Shown: one piece after another, positions 1 through 8,855 of the stretch
How the letters are laid out: every line of letters starts with the position of its first letter
Numbering within the stretch: position 1 is the stretch's first letter
Translations under genes and position numbers: made by a program
Notes under the pieces: generated by a model
Seen by the model: the letters and a program-made list of their open reading frames with translations, nothing else
What the model was told of the DNA's origin: nothing
The model's database searches: none
NCBI GenBank assembly: GCA_964541895.1
Contig: CAZISM010000013.1
Coordinates: 8,348-72,347 of the forward strand
Reading direction: 5' to 3'
Source: an uncultured Cytophagia bacterium
GTDB taxonomy: Bacteria; Zhuqueibacterota; Zhuqueibacteria; Residuimicrobiales; Residuimicrobiaceae
DNA: 64,000 nucleotides

Positions 1-1269
1 AAGACAGACGATATCCGGGTAGCCATAAACGCAGAGATTCCTGCTCTGGGCTACCGCACCTATGTCGTGCGCCAGGGTGTGGACAAATCGCCGACCCGTC
101 ACCCACAGCGACCCGGCCTGTCGACCGCGGCCGGCTGCCTGGATAACGAATTTATAACAGTAACAGCGCAAAACAACGGCAGCCTCACCCTGACGGACAA
201 GCGCAACGGCCAGGTGTATGATCGGCTGTTGACCTTTGAAGATATGGCCGACATCGGCGACGGCTGGTTTCACGGCATGGCGGTGAACGATCAGGCTTTT
301 TATTCCCTGGCCGCTTCGTCGCACGTCGCCCTGGTGTACGACGGCCCGCTTATGTCGTCCCTGCGCATTCGAACGGTGATGGAGGTGCCGCAAAAATTTC
401 AATTCGACACCATGACCCGCTCAGAGTCGTTTGCGCCTCTTGTGCTCGACAGCTTGATCACGTTGCGCAAAGGGGCCGATTATCTCGACATCCGCACAAC
501 CGTAGACAATCAGATCGATGACCATCGGGTGCGCGTGCTCTTTCCCAGCGGGGTGCAGGCCCAGACCTATCTCTGCGATACCCCGTTTGATGTGGTGGAA
601 CGGGCTATTGCCATTGATCCGCAAAACCACACCTATCGCGAGCTGGAAGTGGAAACCCGTCCGCAACAATCCTGGACCGCGGTTTTTGCCGACCAGCGCG
701 GCCTGGCGGTGATCAGCAGCGGACTGCTGGAATCCACGGTCTGCGATCTCCAGGACCGCGCCATCGCGCTGACGCTCTATCGTTCGACCCAACGTACGGT
801 GTTTACCAGCGGCGAGCCGCTGGGACAACTGCATGGTCGCATGGAATTCCGCTATCGCGTGATGCCGCTGCAGGGCGCGCCGTCGCGACGAGCCCTGTGC
901 GAACTCGGCCAGGAGCTGGCCGCCGGCATCGCCAATGTGCAAATCAACAGAGAGGACCAATTACGGTTCACCAGTGACCGCTCTCTGCCGCAGCAGGCCG
1001 GCGCCTTTAGCGTGGAAGGCGATGTGGTTATGACCAGCTTGCGCGCCGTAGGCGAGTATACGGAACTGCGTTTGTTCAATCCCAACACCCATACTGTCAT
1101 GGTGACGGTAAAGAGCGATGATCGTCCCGCGGCCTGGCCGCGGCCGAGCCGTGTGCAATACGTTGATTTTGAAAGCAATCCCTTAACGCAGCCCCAGGCC
1201 ATGAGCGACGGCAAGCTGTCGGTGCCTGTGGGAGCGAAAAAAATAATCACCCTAAGATTCCTGGACTAG
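1..1269 (+). CDS. Glycoside hydrolase family 38 (alpha-mannosidase-like), C-terminal part; 5' truncated by the window edge
   Basis: Frame is open from base 1 (KTDDIRVAINAEIPALGYRTY...). The IPALGYRTY, LTFEDMADIGDGW, PFDVVER and IALTLYRS segments resemble GH38 C-terminal beta domains. Confidence 0.8.
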   Translation, partial: KTDDIRVAINAEIPALGYRTYVVRQGVDKSPTRHPQRPGLSTAAGCLDNEFITVTAQNNGSLTLTDKRNGQVYDRLLTFEDMADIGDGWFHGMAVNDQAFYSLAASSHVALVYDGPLMSSLRIRTVMEVPQKFQFDTMTRSESFAPLVLDSLITLRKGADYLDIRTTVDNQIDDHRVRVLFPSGVQAQTYLCDTPFDVVERAIAIDPQNHTYRELEVETRPQQSWTAVFADQRGLAVISSGLLESTVCDLQDRAIALTLYRSTQRTVFTSGEPLGQLHGRMEFRYRVMPLQGAPSRRALCELGQELAAGIANVQINREDQLRFTSDRSLPQQAGAFSVEGDVVMTSLRAVGEYTELRLFNPNTHTVMVTVKSDDRPAAWPRPSRVQYVDFESNPLTQPQAMSDGKLSVPVGAKKIITLRFLD

Positions 1270-1271
1270 AG

Positions 1272-2276
1272 ATGGATATCAAAACACTGGAAGAACGGCT
1301 GTCCAGGCCCACACCGGGTCTGATCACAGATTTTCAAATGTTGAACGGCGATGTGTTGATTCTGGGCGTAGGCGGCAAGATGGGGCCGACGCTGGCCACC
1401 ATGGCTCGCCGCGCCTTGCCCGGCCGGCACAAGGTCATCGGCGCCTCGCTTTTTTCGTCACAGGAGATGCGGCAGAGCCTGGAAGACGCCGGCATAGAAA
1501 CGCTGCAGGGCGACCTGCTGGATGAAGCGTTTTTGCGGGCGTTGCCGGAGGTGCCGAACATTATTTATATGGCAGGTTTTAAATTCGGTTCGGCGGAAAA
1601 TCCGGCCTATACCTGGGCGATCAACACCCTGTTGCCGGCCATGGTGGCGCGTCGTTTTCCGACAAGTCGCATCGCCGCTTTTTCCACCGGCAACGTCTAT
1701 CCGTTTGTGCCGGCCAGTTCAGGCGGGTGCGTGGAAACCCATCCGGTGGGGCCGGTGGGTGAATACGCGCAATCGTGCCTCGGCCGCGAACGCATGCTGC
1801 AGTATTTCAGCCTGGTGAACAAAACCCCCATGGTGATCATTCGTTTGAATTATGCCGTTGAGATGCGCTACGGCGTGCTGGTGGACATTGCGCAAAAAGT
1901 GCGCAACAGCGAGCCCATCGATTTGACCGTAGGTCACTGCAACTTTATCTGGCAGGGCGACGCCAACGCCATGGCCCTGCGGGCTCTCAAATTGGCCGCG
2001 TCACCGGCAGAGATATTGAACCTGACCGGAGGCGAGGTCTATTCCATCCGTCAGCTGGCGACAGAGTTTGGCAAGCTGTTCCAGATCGAACCGATTTTCG
2101 TCAGCAGTGAATCCGGCTCTGCGCTGCTCAACAACGCGCGGCGGGCGCTGGATCTGTTGGGTCCGTTGACCGTATCGGTGGAAGAGATCATCCGCTGGAC
2201 CGCCGAGTGGATCCTGGAAGAACAGCCGATGCTGAACAAACCGACCCACTTTGAAACGAGTGACGGCACCTATTAA
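1272..2276 (+). CDS. NAD-dependent epimerase/dehydratase (extended SDR)
   Basis: Rossmann motif LILGVGGKMG; STGNVY; YAQSCLGRE; LNYAVEMRYGVL. Confidence 0.85.
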   Translation: MDIKTLEERLSRPTPGLITDFQMLNGDVLILGVGGKMGPTLATMARRALPGRHKVIGASLFSSQEMRQSLEDAGIETLQGDLLDEAFLRALPEVPNIIYMAGFKFGSAENPAYTWAINTLLPAMVARRFPTSRIAAFSTGNVYPFVPASSGGCVETHPVGPVGEYAQSCLGRERMLQYFSLVNKTPMVIIRLNYAVEMRYGVLVDIAQKVRNSEPIDLTVGHCNFIWQGDANAMALRALKLAASPAEILNLTGGEVYSIRQLATEFGKLFQIEPIFVSSESGSALLNNARRALDLLGPLTVSVEEIIRWTAEWILEEQPMLNKPTHFETSDGTY

Positions 2277-2287
2277 CAGGAGTGCGC

Positions 2288-3364
2288 ATGTCTGGTTTGC
2301 CCCAAATACCCAAGGAAATAAAAAAGGCGTTTCATGAAGGCCAGGTCATTCCTGCCCATCCGCTGGCTCTGGATAAAAATCATCGTTTTGATGAGGAACG
2401 CCAGGCCGTGTTGACCCGTTATTATCTCGCGGCCGGCTGCGGCGGTTTGGCCGTCGGTGTGCATACCACGCAATTTGAGATTCGTGATGCCAGGATCGGC
2501 TTGTATCGGCCGGTGCTGGAGCTGGCTTCCGCCGAGATCGACCGTTATGTCCGCCAAAGCAAGCGGCCGGTGATCAAGATCGCCGGGGCCATCGGTCGCA
2601 CCCATCAGGCGGTGCAGGAGGCGCGGCTGGCCAGGGACCTGGGCTATCATGCGGTTTTGTTGAGCCTGGCGGCGTTCAAGCAGGACAGCAACGAGACGGT
2701 GTTGCGCCATTGCCGGGAGGTGGCCAAGGCGATGCCGCTAGTTGGATTTTACCTGCAGCCGTCGGTAGGTGGCCGTGTGCTCGACCGGGAGTTCTGGGAG
2801 GGGTTTGCCGAAATTGAAAACGTCGTCGCCATCAAGATCGCGCCGTTCAATACCTATCGCACGTTGGACGTGCTCACCGGCGTGGCCCTTTCCGGCCGCA
2901 GCAAGGAGGTTGCGCTCTATACCGGCAACGACGATCACATTGTGCTGGACCTGATGACGCCGTTCTCCATCGCTACGCCTTCCGGCAAGGTGAATTTGCG
3001 CATCGTCGGCGGCCTGCTGGGCCACTGGGCGGTCTGGGCGCATACGGCGGTGCGGCTGCTGGATAAAATCAAGCGCTGGCGTCAGGGTGAGACCGCTCTC
3101 GCGCAGAGCCTTTTGACTCTGGCCGCCAAGGTTACCGACTGCAACGCCGCTTTCTTTGATGTCAGCCATGATTTTCGCGGCTGCATCGTTGGCTTGCACT
3201 ATGTTCTTCAAAAACAAGGGATTTTGCGTTCCATCCATACGCTGGATCCGGCCATCACCCTGCAAAAGTCGCAAAAGGCGGCCATCGACCGGGTGTATCG
3301 CCTCTATCCGGAGCTGGCGGATGATGATTTTGTGCAAAAGAATCTGGCCAAGTGGCTTTCCTGA
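2288..3364 (+). CDS. Dihydrodipicolinate synthase-family (class I aldolase/dehydratase) protein
   Basis: IPAHPLAL, GVHTTQF, FYLQP, Schiff-base Lys in AIKIAPF, YTGNDD. ATG at 2288 follows an AGGAG RBS. Confidence 0.85.
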   Translation: MSGLPQIPKEIKKAFHEGQVIPAHPLALDKNHRFDEERQAVLTRYYLAAGCGGLAVGVHTTQFEIRDARIGLYRPVLELASAEIDRYVRQSKRPVIKIAGAIGRTHQAVQEARLARDLGYHAVLLSLAAFKQDSNETVLRHCREVAKAMPLVGFYLQPSVGGRVLDREFWEGFAEIENVVAIKIAPFNTYRTLDVLTGVALSGRSKEVALYTGNDDHIVLDLMTPFSIATPSGKVNLRIVGGLLGHWAVWAHTAVRLLDKIKRWRQGETALAQSLLTLAAKVTDCNAAFFDVSHDFRGCIVGLHYVLQKQGILRSIHTLDPAITLQKSQKAAIDRVYRLYPELADDDFVQKNLAKWLS

Positions 3365-3382
3365 ATTGAATTCAGAATAAAT

Positions 3383-3411
3383 TTGCATATTTTGACCTTT
3401 TTTTGTAAGTT
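3383..3411 (+). promoter_or_regulatory. Putative sigma70-type promoter for the GT2-accA operon
   Basis: TTGCAT (3383-3388), 17-nt spacer, TAAGTT (3406-3411) in an AT-rich intergenic gap. Confidence 0.4.
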
Positions 3412-3434
3412 AAACGTTCATTTTTGCTAATGGA

Positions 3435-5528
3435 ATGAAGCCGCCGATCACTCTCAGCATTGTTATTGTCAACTATAACGTACGCGAATTCCTGGAACAG
3501 GCGCTGAGCTCTTTGCAGGCCGCTCTGACCGGTCTGAGCCATGAGGTATGGGTGGTGGATAATGCGTCCACCGACGGCAGTGTGGAATGGCTTCGTTCCC
3601 ATTATCCCCAGGTGCGCCTGATCGCGAACACGGTCAACGTCGGCTTTGCCCGTGCCAACAACCAGGCCCTGGCCGCGTGCCAGGGACAATTTATCTGTCT
3701 GTTGAATCCGGACACGATCGTCCAGGAGAACACCTTCAGCTCACTGCTGGCGTTTTTCGCAGCACATCCGCAGGCCGGAGCCGTGGGCTGCAAGGTGCTG
3801 AATCCGGACGGCTCTCTGCAGCTGGCGTGCCGACGCAGTTTTCCGACGCCGTGGGTTGCGCTGACCAAAATCATCGGTCTGGCCGCCCTCTTTCCCCGCA
3901 GCCGGATATTCGGCCGCTACAATCTGACATTTTTGGATCCGGAGCAGAGCGCTGAGGTAGAAGCCATTTCCGGTTCCTTTATGCTCATTCGCCGTGAAGC
4001 CGTGCAACAGGTGGGTTTTCTCGACGAAGCGTTTTTTATGTATGGTGAGGATCTGGATTACTGCTTTCGCATCCGCGAGGCCGGTTGGCAGATCCACTAT
4101 GTTCCGCATACGCGCATCATCCATTTTAAGGGCGAAAGCTCCAAAAAGAGTCCGTTCGAGCAGCGGCGTCTGTTTTATGAAGCGATGCGGCTCTTTGTGC
4201 ACAAGCATTTCAGCAAAGGCAAGGCCCTGGTGCCGATGTGGTTCCTGCTGGTGGCCATACAGCTGCGGGCCGTGCTCTCTTTTTTTTCTTCCATCCTGTC
4301 GCTGATGGTGCTGCCGGCTGTGGATGTGGCCATGCTTTCGATCTCGCTGGCGGCGGCGGTGTACATTCGCTTTGAACCGCGTTTCCCCTGGCGCGATTTT
4401 ATGGTGGTGCATCTGCTTTACAGCGCCATCTGGCTGACGCTGCTGTCATGGCGCGGCGTCTACAAGCAGCAAAAGTTCGGCATCATGGCCACAGGATCCG
4501 CCCTGGTGATGGGATGGATCATCAACAGCGCCATAACCTTTTTTCTGAAAGAGATCGGTTTTTCCAGGCTGGTGGTGCTGTATGCCGGATTGTTCAATCT
4601 GCTGTTGGTTCCGGGATGGCGGCTATTGCTCAGAGCCGCCGCTTATGTCAACTATCGCCATTTGCAGGGTTCGTGGGGCGGCCGGCTGCTGCATCCGCGC
4701 GCTGTGCTGGTGATGGACAGCCATGCCGGCGATAAAACGCTGCAGCGGTTGCGCATGCGGCTGGAGGGTCATTTCACCCTGGTGGGGATTGTGCTGGTGG
4801 ATCGGATCGAAACCGTCGCCAGCATCCGCGGCGTGCCGGTGCTGGGCTCCATCGATCAGATCGAAGAGGTAATCCTGCAGACGCGCGTTCAGGAGGTCAT
4901 TTTCGCCACGGAGCGCATTGCCAACTATCAGATCCTGTCCATTATCGCCACCGGCCATGGCCGGCCCGTTTCCTTCAAGTGGATTCCGCGCGCCATGGAC
5001 GTCATCATCGGCAAGGCGACGGTGGATTATGTGGACGAGGTGCCGTTCCTGGAGATCGATGACCGGCTGCACCACAAAGCCAGCCGCATGCTGAAACGAA
5101 GTCTGGATGTAGTTCTCGCGTCGGCGTTGCTGATACTGAATCTGCCGGTCATGGTGTGGTGCCATCTGCTGCGCCGTCTGGCTGTACAACAGATTCGATA
5201 CATCGGCCGCGACAGCCGTCCGTTCGTACAGCGACAGTTTGCCGCTGCCGGCGGCCGCGTCCGCTGGTATCACCGTTCGCTGCAGTGGTGGCCGATTTTG
5301 ACCGGCCACATGAGCATGGTCGGCGTGCACCCGCAGCCCTATGAAGCACCCGCGGCCAAGGCGCCGCTGTTCAAGCCGGGCTGGACCGGCCTGGAGCGGC
5401 TGCAGGCGAATCTGGAGTTGACGGATGACGATCGCGAACGGTTGCATCTGCACTATATGAAAAATTACTCCCTGTGGCTGGACCTGGAAATCATGGTCCG
5501 CACCATCATTTCAAACCTGAAGAGATGA
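3435..5528 (+). CDS. GT2 glycosyltransferase fused to a membrane domain, a Rossmann-like domain and a degenerate bacterial sugar (phosphoglycosyl) transferase domain
   Basis: N-terminal SIVIVNYN, VVDNASTDGS, LNPD, FFMYGEDLDYC; several TM helices; C-terminal KRSLDVV...GHMSMVG...KPGWTG...YMKNYSLWLDLEIM. Confidence 0.85.
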   Translation: MKPPITLSIVIVNYNVREFLEQALSSLQAALTGLSHEVWVVDNASTDGSVEWLRSHYPQVRLIANTVNVGFARANNQALAACQGQFICLLNPDTIVQENTFSSLLAFFAAHPQAGAVGCKVLNPDGSLQLACRRSFPTPWVALTKIIGLAALFPRSRIFGRYNLTFLDPEQSAEVEAISGSFMLIRREAVQQVGFLDEAFFMYGEDLDYCFRIREAGWQIHYVPHTRIIHFKGESSKKSPFEQRRLFYEAMRLFVHKHFSKGKALVPMWFLLVAIQLRAVLSFFSSILSLMVLPAVDVAMLSISLAAAVYIRFEPRFPWRDFMVVHLLYSAIWLTLLSWRGVYKQQKFGIMATGSALVMGWIINSAITFFLKEIGFSRLVVLYAGLFNLLLVPGWRLLLRAAAYVNYRHLQGSWGGRLLHPRAVLVMDSHAGDKTLQRLRMRLEGHFTLVGIVLVDRIETVASIRGVPVLGSIDQIEEVILQTRVQEVIFATERIANYQILSIIATGHGRPVSFKWIPRAMDVIIGKATVDYVDEVPFLEIDDRLHHKASRMLKRSLDVVLASALLILNLPVMVWCHLLRRLAVQQIRYIGRDSRPFVQRQFAAAGGRVRWYHRSLQWWPILTGHMSMVGVHPQPYEAPAAKAPLFKPGWTGLERLQANLELTDDDRERLHLHYMKNYSLWLDLEIMVRTIISNLKR

Positions 5529-5529
5529 T

Positions 5530-6486
5530 ATGAATCAGTTCGTACTGGATTTTGAAAAGCCGATCGCCGAAATCGAACGCCGCATCGCCGAGTTGCGCGA
5601 CTATTCGGTGCGCGAAGATTTTGCCATGCACAAAGAGATCGAAAAGCTGGAAGACAAGGCGCGTAAACTCCGTCTGCAGATTTACTCCAAACTCAGCCGC
5701 TGGCAGCGGGTGCAATTGGCGCGTCATCCCAATCGGCCCTATACGCTGGATTACATCGGACGTATCCTGACCGATTTCATCGAACTGCATGGCGACCGGG
5801 CTTTCGGCGACGATCCGGCGATCGTGGCCGGTCTGGGCAAACTGGACGGTCAGCCGGTGGCGCTGATGGGCCATCAAAAGGCGCGCGACACCAAGGAAAA
5901 AATACGCCGCAATTTCGGCATGCCCAATCCGGAAGGTTATCGCAAGGCGTTGCGGATCATGAAGCTGGCCGGACGTTTCAACCGTCCCATCGTCTGCCTG
6001 CTGGATACGCCGGGCGCCTATCCGGGCATCGGCGCCGAAGAACGCGGTCAGGCAGAGGCCATCGCGCGTAACCTCTTTGAAATGGCCCATCTGCCGGTGC
6101 CCATCGTCGTCGTCGTCATCGGCGAAGGCGCCAGCGGCGGTGCCCTCGGCATCGGCGTCGGCGACCGGATTCTGATGATGGAAAACACCTGGTACTCGGT
6201 GATCTCGCCGGAAGGGTGTGCGGCCATTCTCTACCGTGACGCCGCCAATGCGCCCCATGCCGCAGAAGCCATGCGCGTCACACCGAACGATCTGCTCGAA
6301 ATGAAGGTGATCGACAAGATCATCAAAGAACCGGTTGGCGGGGCGCACAACAATTGGGACGAAGCCGCTCTATTGCTGAAAGAGGCGATCAAAGCGGAAT
6401 TGGCCGAACTGGCGAAATATCCGGCCGACAAACTCATCAGTCGGCGAGTGGACAAATTCGGCCAGATGGGCGTATGGATCGAGTGA
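5530..6486 (+). CDS. accA: Acetyl-CoA carboxylase carboxyltransferase alpha subunit
   Basis: LDFEKPI, VQLARHPNRP, ELHGDRAFGDD, RNFGMPNPEGYRKA, DTPGAYPGIGAEERGQ, YSVISPEGCAAIL. Confidence 0.97.
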   Translation: MNQFVLDFEKPIAEIERRIAELRDYSVREDFAMHKEIEKLEDKARKLRLQIYSKLSRWQRVQLARHPNRPYTLDYIGRILTDFIELHGDRAFGDDPAIVAGLGKLDGQPVALMGHQKARDTKEKIRRNFGMPNPEGYRKALRIMKLAGRFNRPIVCLLDTPGAYPGIGAEERGQAEAIARNLFEMAHLPVPIVVVVIGEGASGGALGIGVGDRILMMENTWYSVISPEGCAAILYRDAANAPHAAEAMRVTPNDLLEMKVIDKIIKEPVGGAHNNWDEAALLLKEAIKAELAELAKYPADKLISRRVDKFGQMGVWIE

Positions 6487-7766
6487 ACGCCGGCGGTACG
6501 TCCGCTACCTTTCCGGGCAATCGCTCGCGCCATCTGGAAGCTCTGGTCGAAGCCAGCAAGTTGCTCAACAGCACGCTGGATCTGGAGCAACTGCTCGAGA
6601 TCATCCTCGACATCGCCACCCGCAACACCCAAGCCCAGACCGGCACCATTTATGTGCTGGATCACGCCGGCCAAACGCTCTGGTCGCGGGTGACCGATTA
6701 TCAACAGAAAAAAAGCCTGCACCTCCCTCTGGGCAAGGGCATTGCCGGGCATGTGGCGCTTACGGGTGAAACGGTCAATATCACCGACGCCTACCAGAAT
6801 CCCCATTTTGCCGCCGAATTTGACGTTCAGAGCGGTTTTCACACACGCAGCATGTTGTGCATGCCGATGCGGGACGGCCAGGGCCATATTGTCGGTGTGT
6901 TCCAGCTGATCAACAAGCAGAGCGGCGAGTTCTCCGGCCAGGACATGGAATTTCTGCAGGACCTTTCCATTCATGCCACCCTGGCCATTCGCCAGGCGGA
7001 ATGGCATCGCGAGGCCATGGAAAAGAGAACCATGGAAACCGAAATGGGCATCGCCCGCGAAATCCAGAGCCATCTCCTACCCGGCCGATGTCCGGTCGTT
7101 GACGGCTGGGATCTGGCAGCGTTTTGCAAATCCTGCCAGGCGGTCGGCGGCGATTATTATGATGCGTTCGTGTACCAGGAGCGGCTCATCATCGTCATCG
7201 GCGATGTCGCCGGCAAAGGCGTGGCCGCCGCCCTGTTGATGGCCGGTGTCCATGCGGCGCTGCATGCGCCGTTCATGATAAATGTCAGCTTGACCCCGTC
7301 CGAGCGCATCGTATATATCAACCAGTTTGTTCGCCATTCGGCGCCCCATAGCCGCTTTGTCACCTTTTTTTATGCCGAGGTGGATCCGGCCACCGGCTCG
7401 ATCTCGTACGTCAACGCAGGCCACAATCCGCCGTTTGCCCTGCTGCCGGATGGTACTCTGGCCGTGTTGCCCAGAGGCGGCTTGCCGCTGGGCGTGCAGG
7501 CGCACGGCCTTTTCCAGGCTGCAGACATGACCCTGCAGCCCGGCCAGGCGCTGGTGCTGTACACCGATGGAATTTCTGAAGCGATGAACGCGGAACAGGA
7601 AGAATTCGGCGAAGCTCGTCTCCTGGCCACCGTCCGTTCCGTGGCGGCGGGGAGCGCTCAGGACATGGTGGACACCTTGCTGCAGAAGGTGGAGGAGTTT
7701 CGCGGCGCGGCGGCGCCCAACGACGACCAGACGTTGCTGGTGATCAAGCGACGATCTTTTTCTTGA
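6483..7766 (+). CDS. GAF-domain PP2C/SpoIIE-family serine phosphatase (RsbU-like)
   Basis: GAF (LNSTLDLEQLL...GKGIAGHVA...SMLCMPM); PP2C motifs GGDYYD, GDVAGKG, NAGHNPP, YTDGISEA, NDDQT. GTG at 6483 overlaps the accA stop (GTGA); the track start at 6354 is probably too far upstream. Confidence 0.9.
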   Translation: MNAGGTSATFPGNRSRHLEALVEASKLLNSTLDLEQLLEIILDIATRNTQAQTGTIYVLDHAGQTLWSRVTDYQQKKSLHLPLGKGIAGHVALTGETVNITDAYQNPHFAAEFDVQSGFHTRSMLCMPMRDGQGHIVGVFQLINKQSGEFSGQDMEFLQDLSIHATLAIRQAEWHREAMEKRTMETEMGIAREIQSHLLPGRCPVVDGWDLAAFCKSCQAVGGDYYDAFVYQERLIIVIGDVAGKGVAAALLMAGVHAALHAPFMINVSLTPSERIVYINQFVRHSAPHSRFVTFFYAEVDPATGSISYVNAGHNPPFALLPDGTLAVLPRGGLPLGVQAHGLFQAADMTLQPGQALVLYTDGISEAMNAEQEEFGEARLLATVRSVAAGSAQDMVDTLLQKVEEFRGAAAPNDDQTLLVIKRRSFS

Positions 7767-7791
7767 GAGTTGATGAAAAATTTGTTATCTT
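7763..7791 (+). promoter_or_regulatory. Putative sigma70 promoter (extended -10) for the Trm112-like gene
   Basis: TTGAGA (7763-7768), 17-nt spacer, TATCTT (7786-7791) preceded by TGn. Confidence 0.4.
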
Positions 7792-7822
7792 TAGTAACAT
7801 TGGAAACTGCTAGGAGACACAT

Positions 7823-8077
7823 ATGGTCAGTAAAGAGTTGTTGGAGATTTTGGCATGTCCGTCCTGCAAAGGCGACCTGATCTATGACGAAAAAGCCGAT
7901 ACCTTGACCTGCAGGGGCCGCCATTGCCCGAGTTGCGGCATGCCCGTGGACGGCCAGGGCGTCTGCAGCGATGCCGAGTGCGGTAAAACCTCTTCAGAAT
8001 GGGTGGGGCTGGAATATCGCGTTGAAGACGACATTCCGATCATGCTCATCTACGAAGCGAAGAAACTCCCGCTCTAG
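7823..8077 (+). CDS. Trm112/YcaR-family small protein with an inserted Cys-rich segment
   Basis: MVSKELLEILACPSCKGDL...YRVEDDIPIML is the typical Trm112 frame; GGAG RBS upstream. Confidence 0.85.
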   Translation: MVSKELLEILACPSCKGDLIYDEKADTLTCRGRHCPSCGMPVDGQGVCSDAECGKTSSEWVGLEYRVEDDIPIMLIYEAKKLPL

Positions 8078-8215
8078 CTCTTTCAGCTCGTTCTGGTGTT
8101 CGCGGCTGCGCTCCATTGATCACTCCGCTGGAACTGTCTCGTGTAATTGCAATAATATCATGTAAATAAATATTGCGCGCCTGCGCGTGATATTATTTTA
8201 CGTACCAGAAAAGCC

Positions 8216-8244
8216 TTGCTTCTTTTGGAAATTACCTATATATT
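8216..8244 (+). promoter_or_regulatory. Putative sigma70 promoter for the HNH-scpAB operon
   Basis: TTGCTT (8216-8221), 17-nt spacer, TATATT (8239-8244). Confidence 0.45.
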
Positions 8245-8283
8245 AATCGATAAATTATTTTGAAGTAAAGGCACGGCTCTGCC

Positions 8284-8787
8284 ATGCTGAACGCCAAGGT
8301 CCTATTGCTCAATCAAAATTATGAGCCCCTGACCGTGGTCAGTGCGCGCAAGGCGATTGTGCTCGAGTTCGCGGAAAAGGTTGAGGTTGTAGAACATCGA
8401 GAGAGCTGGATTCATTCGCAGCACCTTCGTCATCCTGTGCCGAGCATTGTTCGGCTGCGCCGTTTTGTGCACATTCCGCACAAGCGGGTGGAGCTGACGC
8501 GTCGCAACATCTTCCGGCGGGACAGTTTTCGCTGCCAGTATTGTGCCACCATGAAAGGCCCTTTTACGATCGATCATGTGCTGCCCAAGACGCGGGGCGG
8601 CGGCGACACGTGGGAAAATCTGGTGTGTGCGTGCATCGCCTGTAACAGTCGCAAAGGAAACCGAACCCCGGAACAGGCCAATATCAGACTGATCCGGTTG
8701 CCGCGGCGGCCCAGCCACCTCTTTTTTATCCAGTATTTCATCGGCATTCAGGAGGAGGGCTGGAAGCCTTACCTCTTTATGAATTGA
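8284..8787 (+). CDS. HNH endonuclease (McrA-like, stand-alone)
   Basis: VLLLNQNYEPL, RRNIFRRDSFRCQYC, TIDHVLPKTRGGGDTWENLVCACIACNSRKGNRTP. Confidence 0.92.
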   Translation: MLNAKVLLLNQNYEPLTVVSARKAIVLEFAEKVEVVEHRESWIHSQHLRHPVPSIVRLRRFVHIPHKRVELTRRNIFRRDSFRCQYCATMKGPFTIDHVLPKTRGGGDTWENLVCACIACNSRKGNRTPEQANIRLIRLPRRPSHLFFIQYFIGIQEEGWKPYLFMN

Positions 8788-8855
8788 ATTCCCGATATTT
8801 TTTTAGTGCTGAATTACGAGGGCCGTGCTGCAAACGGCCTTCATCGTGTTAAGGT

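Noticed and set aside
6354-6482. Extended starts given by the ORF track (6354, 10499, 17016, 18629, 44528, 48117, 52248, 59137, 61556, 61736)
   Set aside because: They overlap upstream genes or lack an RBS; downstream starts with an RBS, stop/start overlap or a family-typical N-terminus were preferred.
8284-8787. HNH nuclease as a homing or mobile element, or defence gene
   Set aside because: It is a typical stand-alone McrA-like HNH inside a housekeeping run, with no flanking repeats, intron, methylase or compositional shift.
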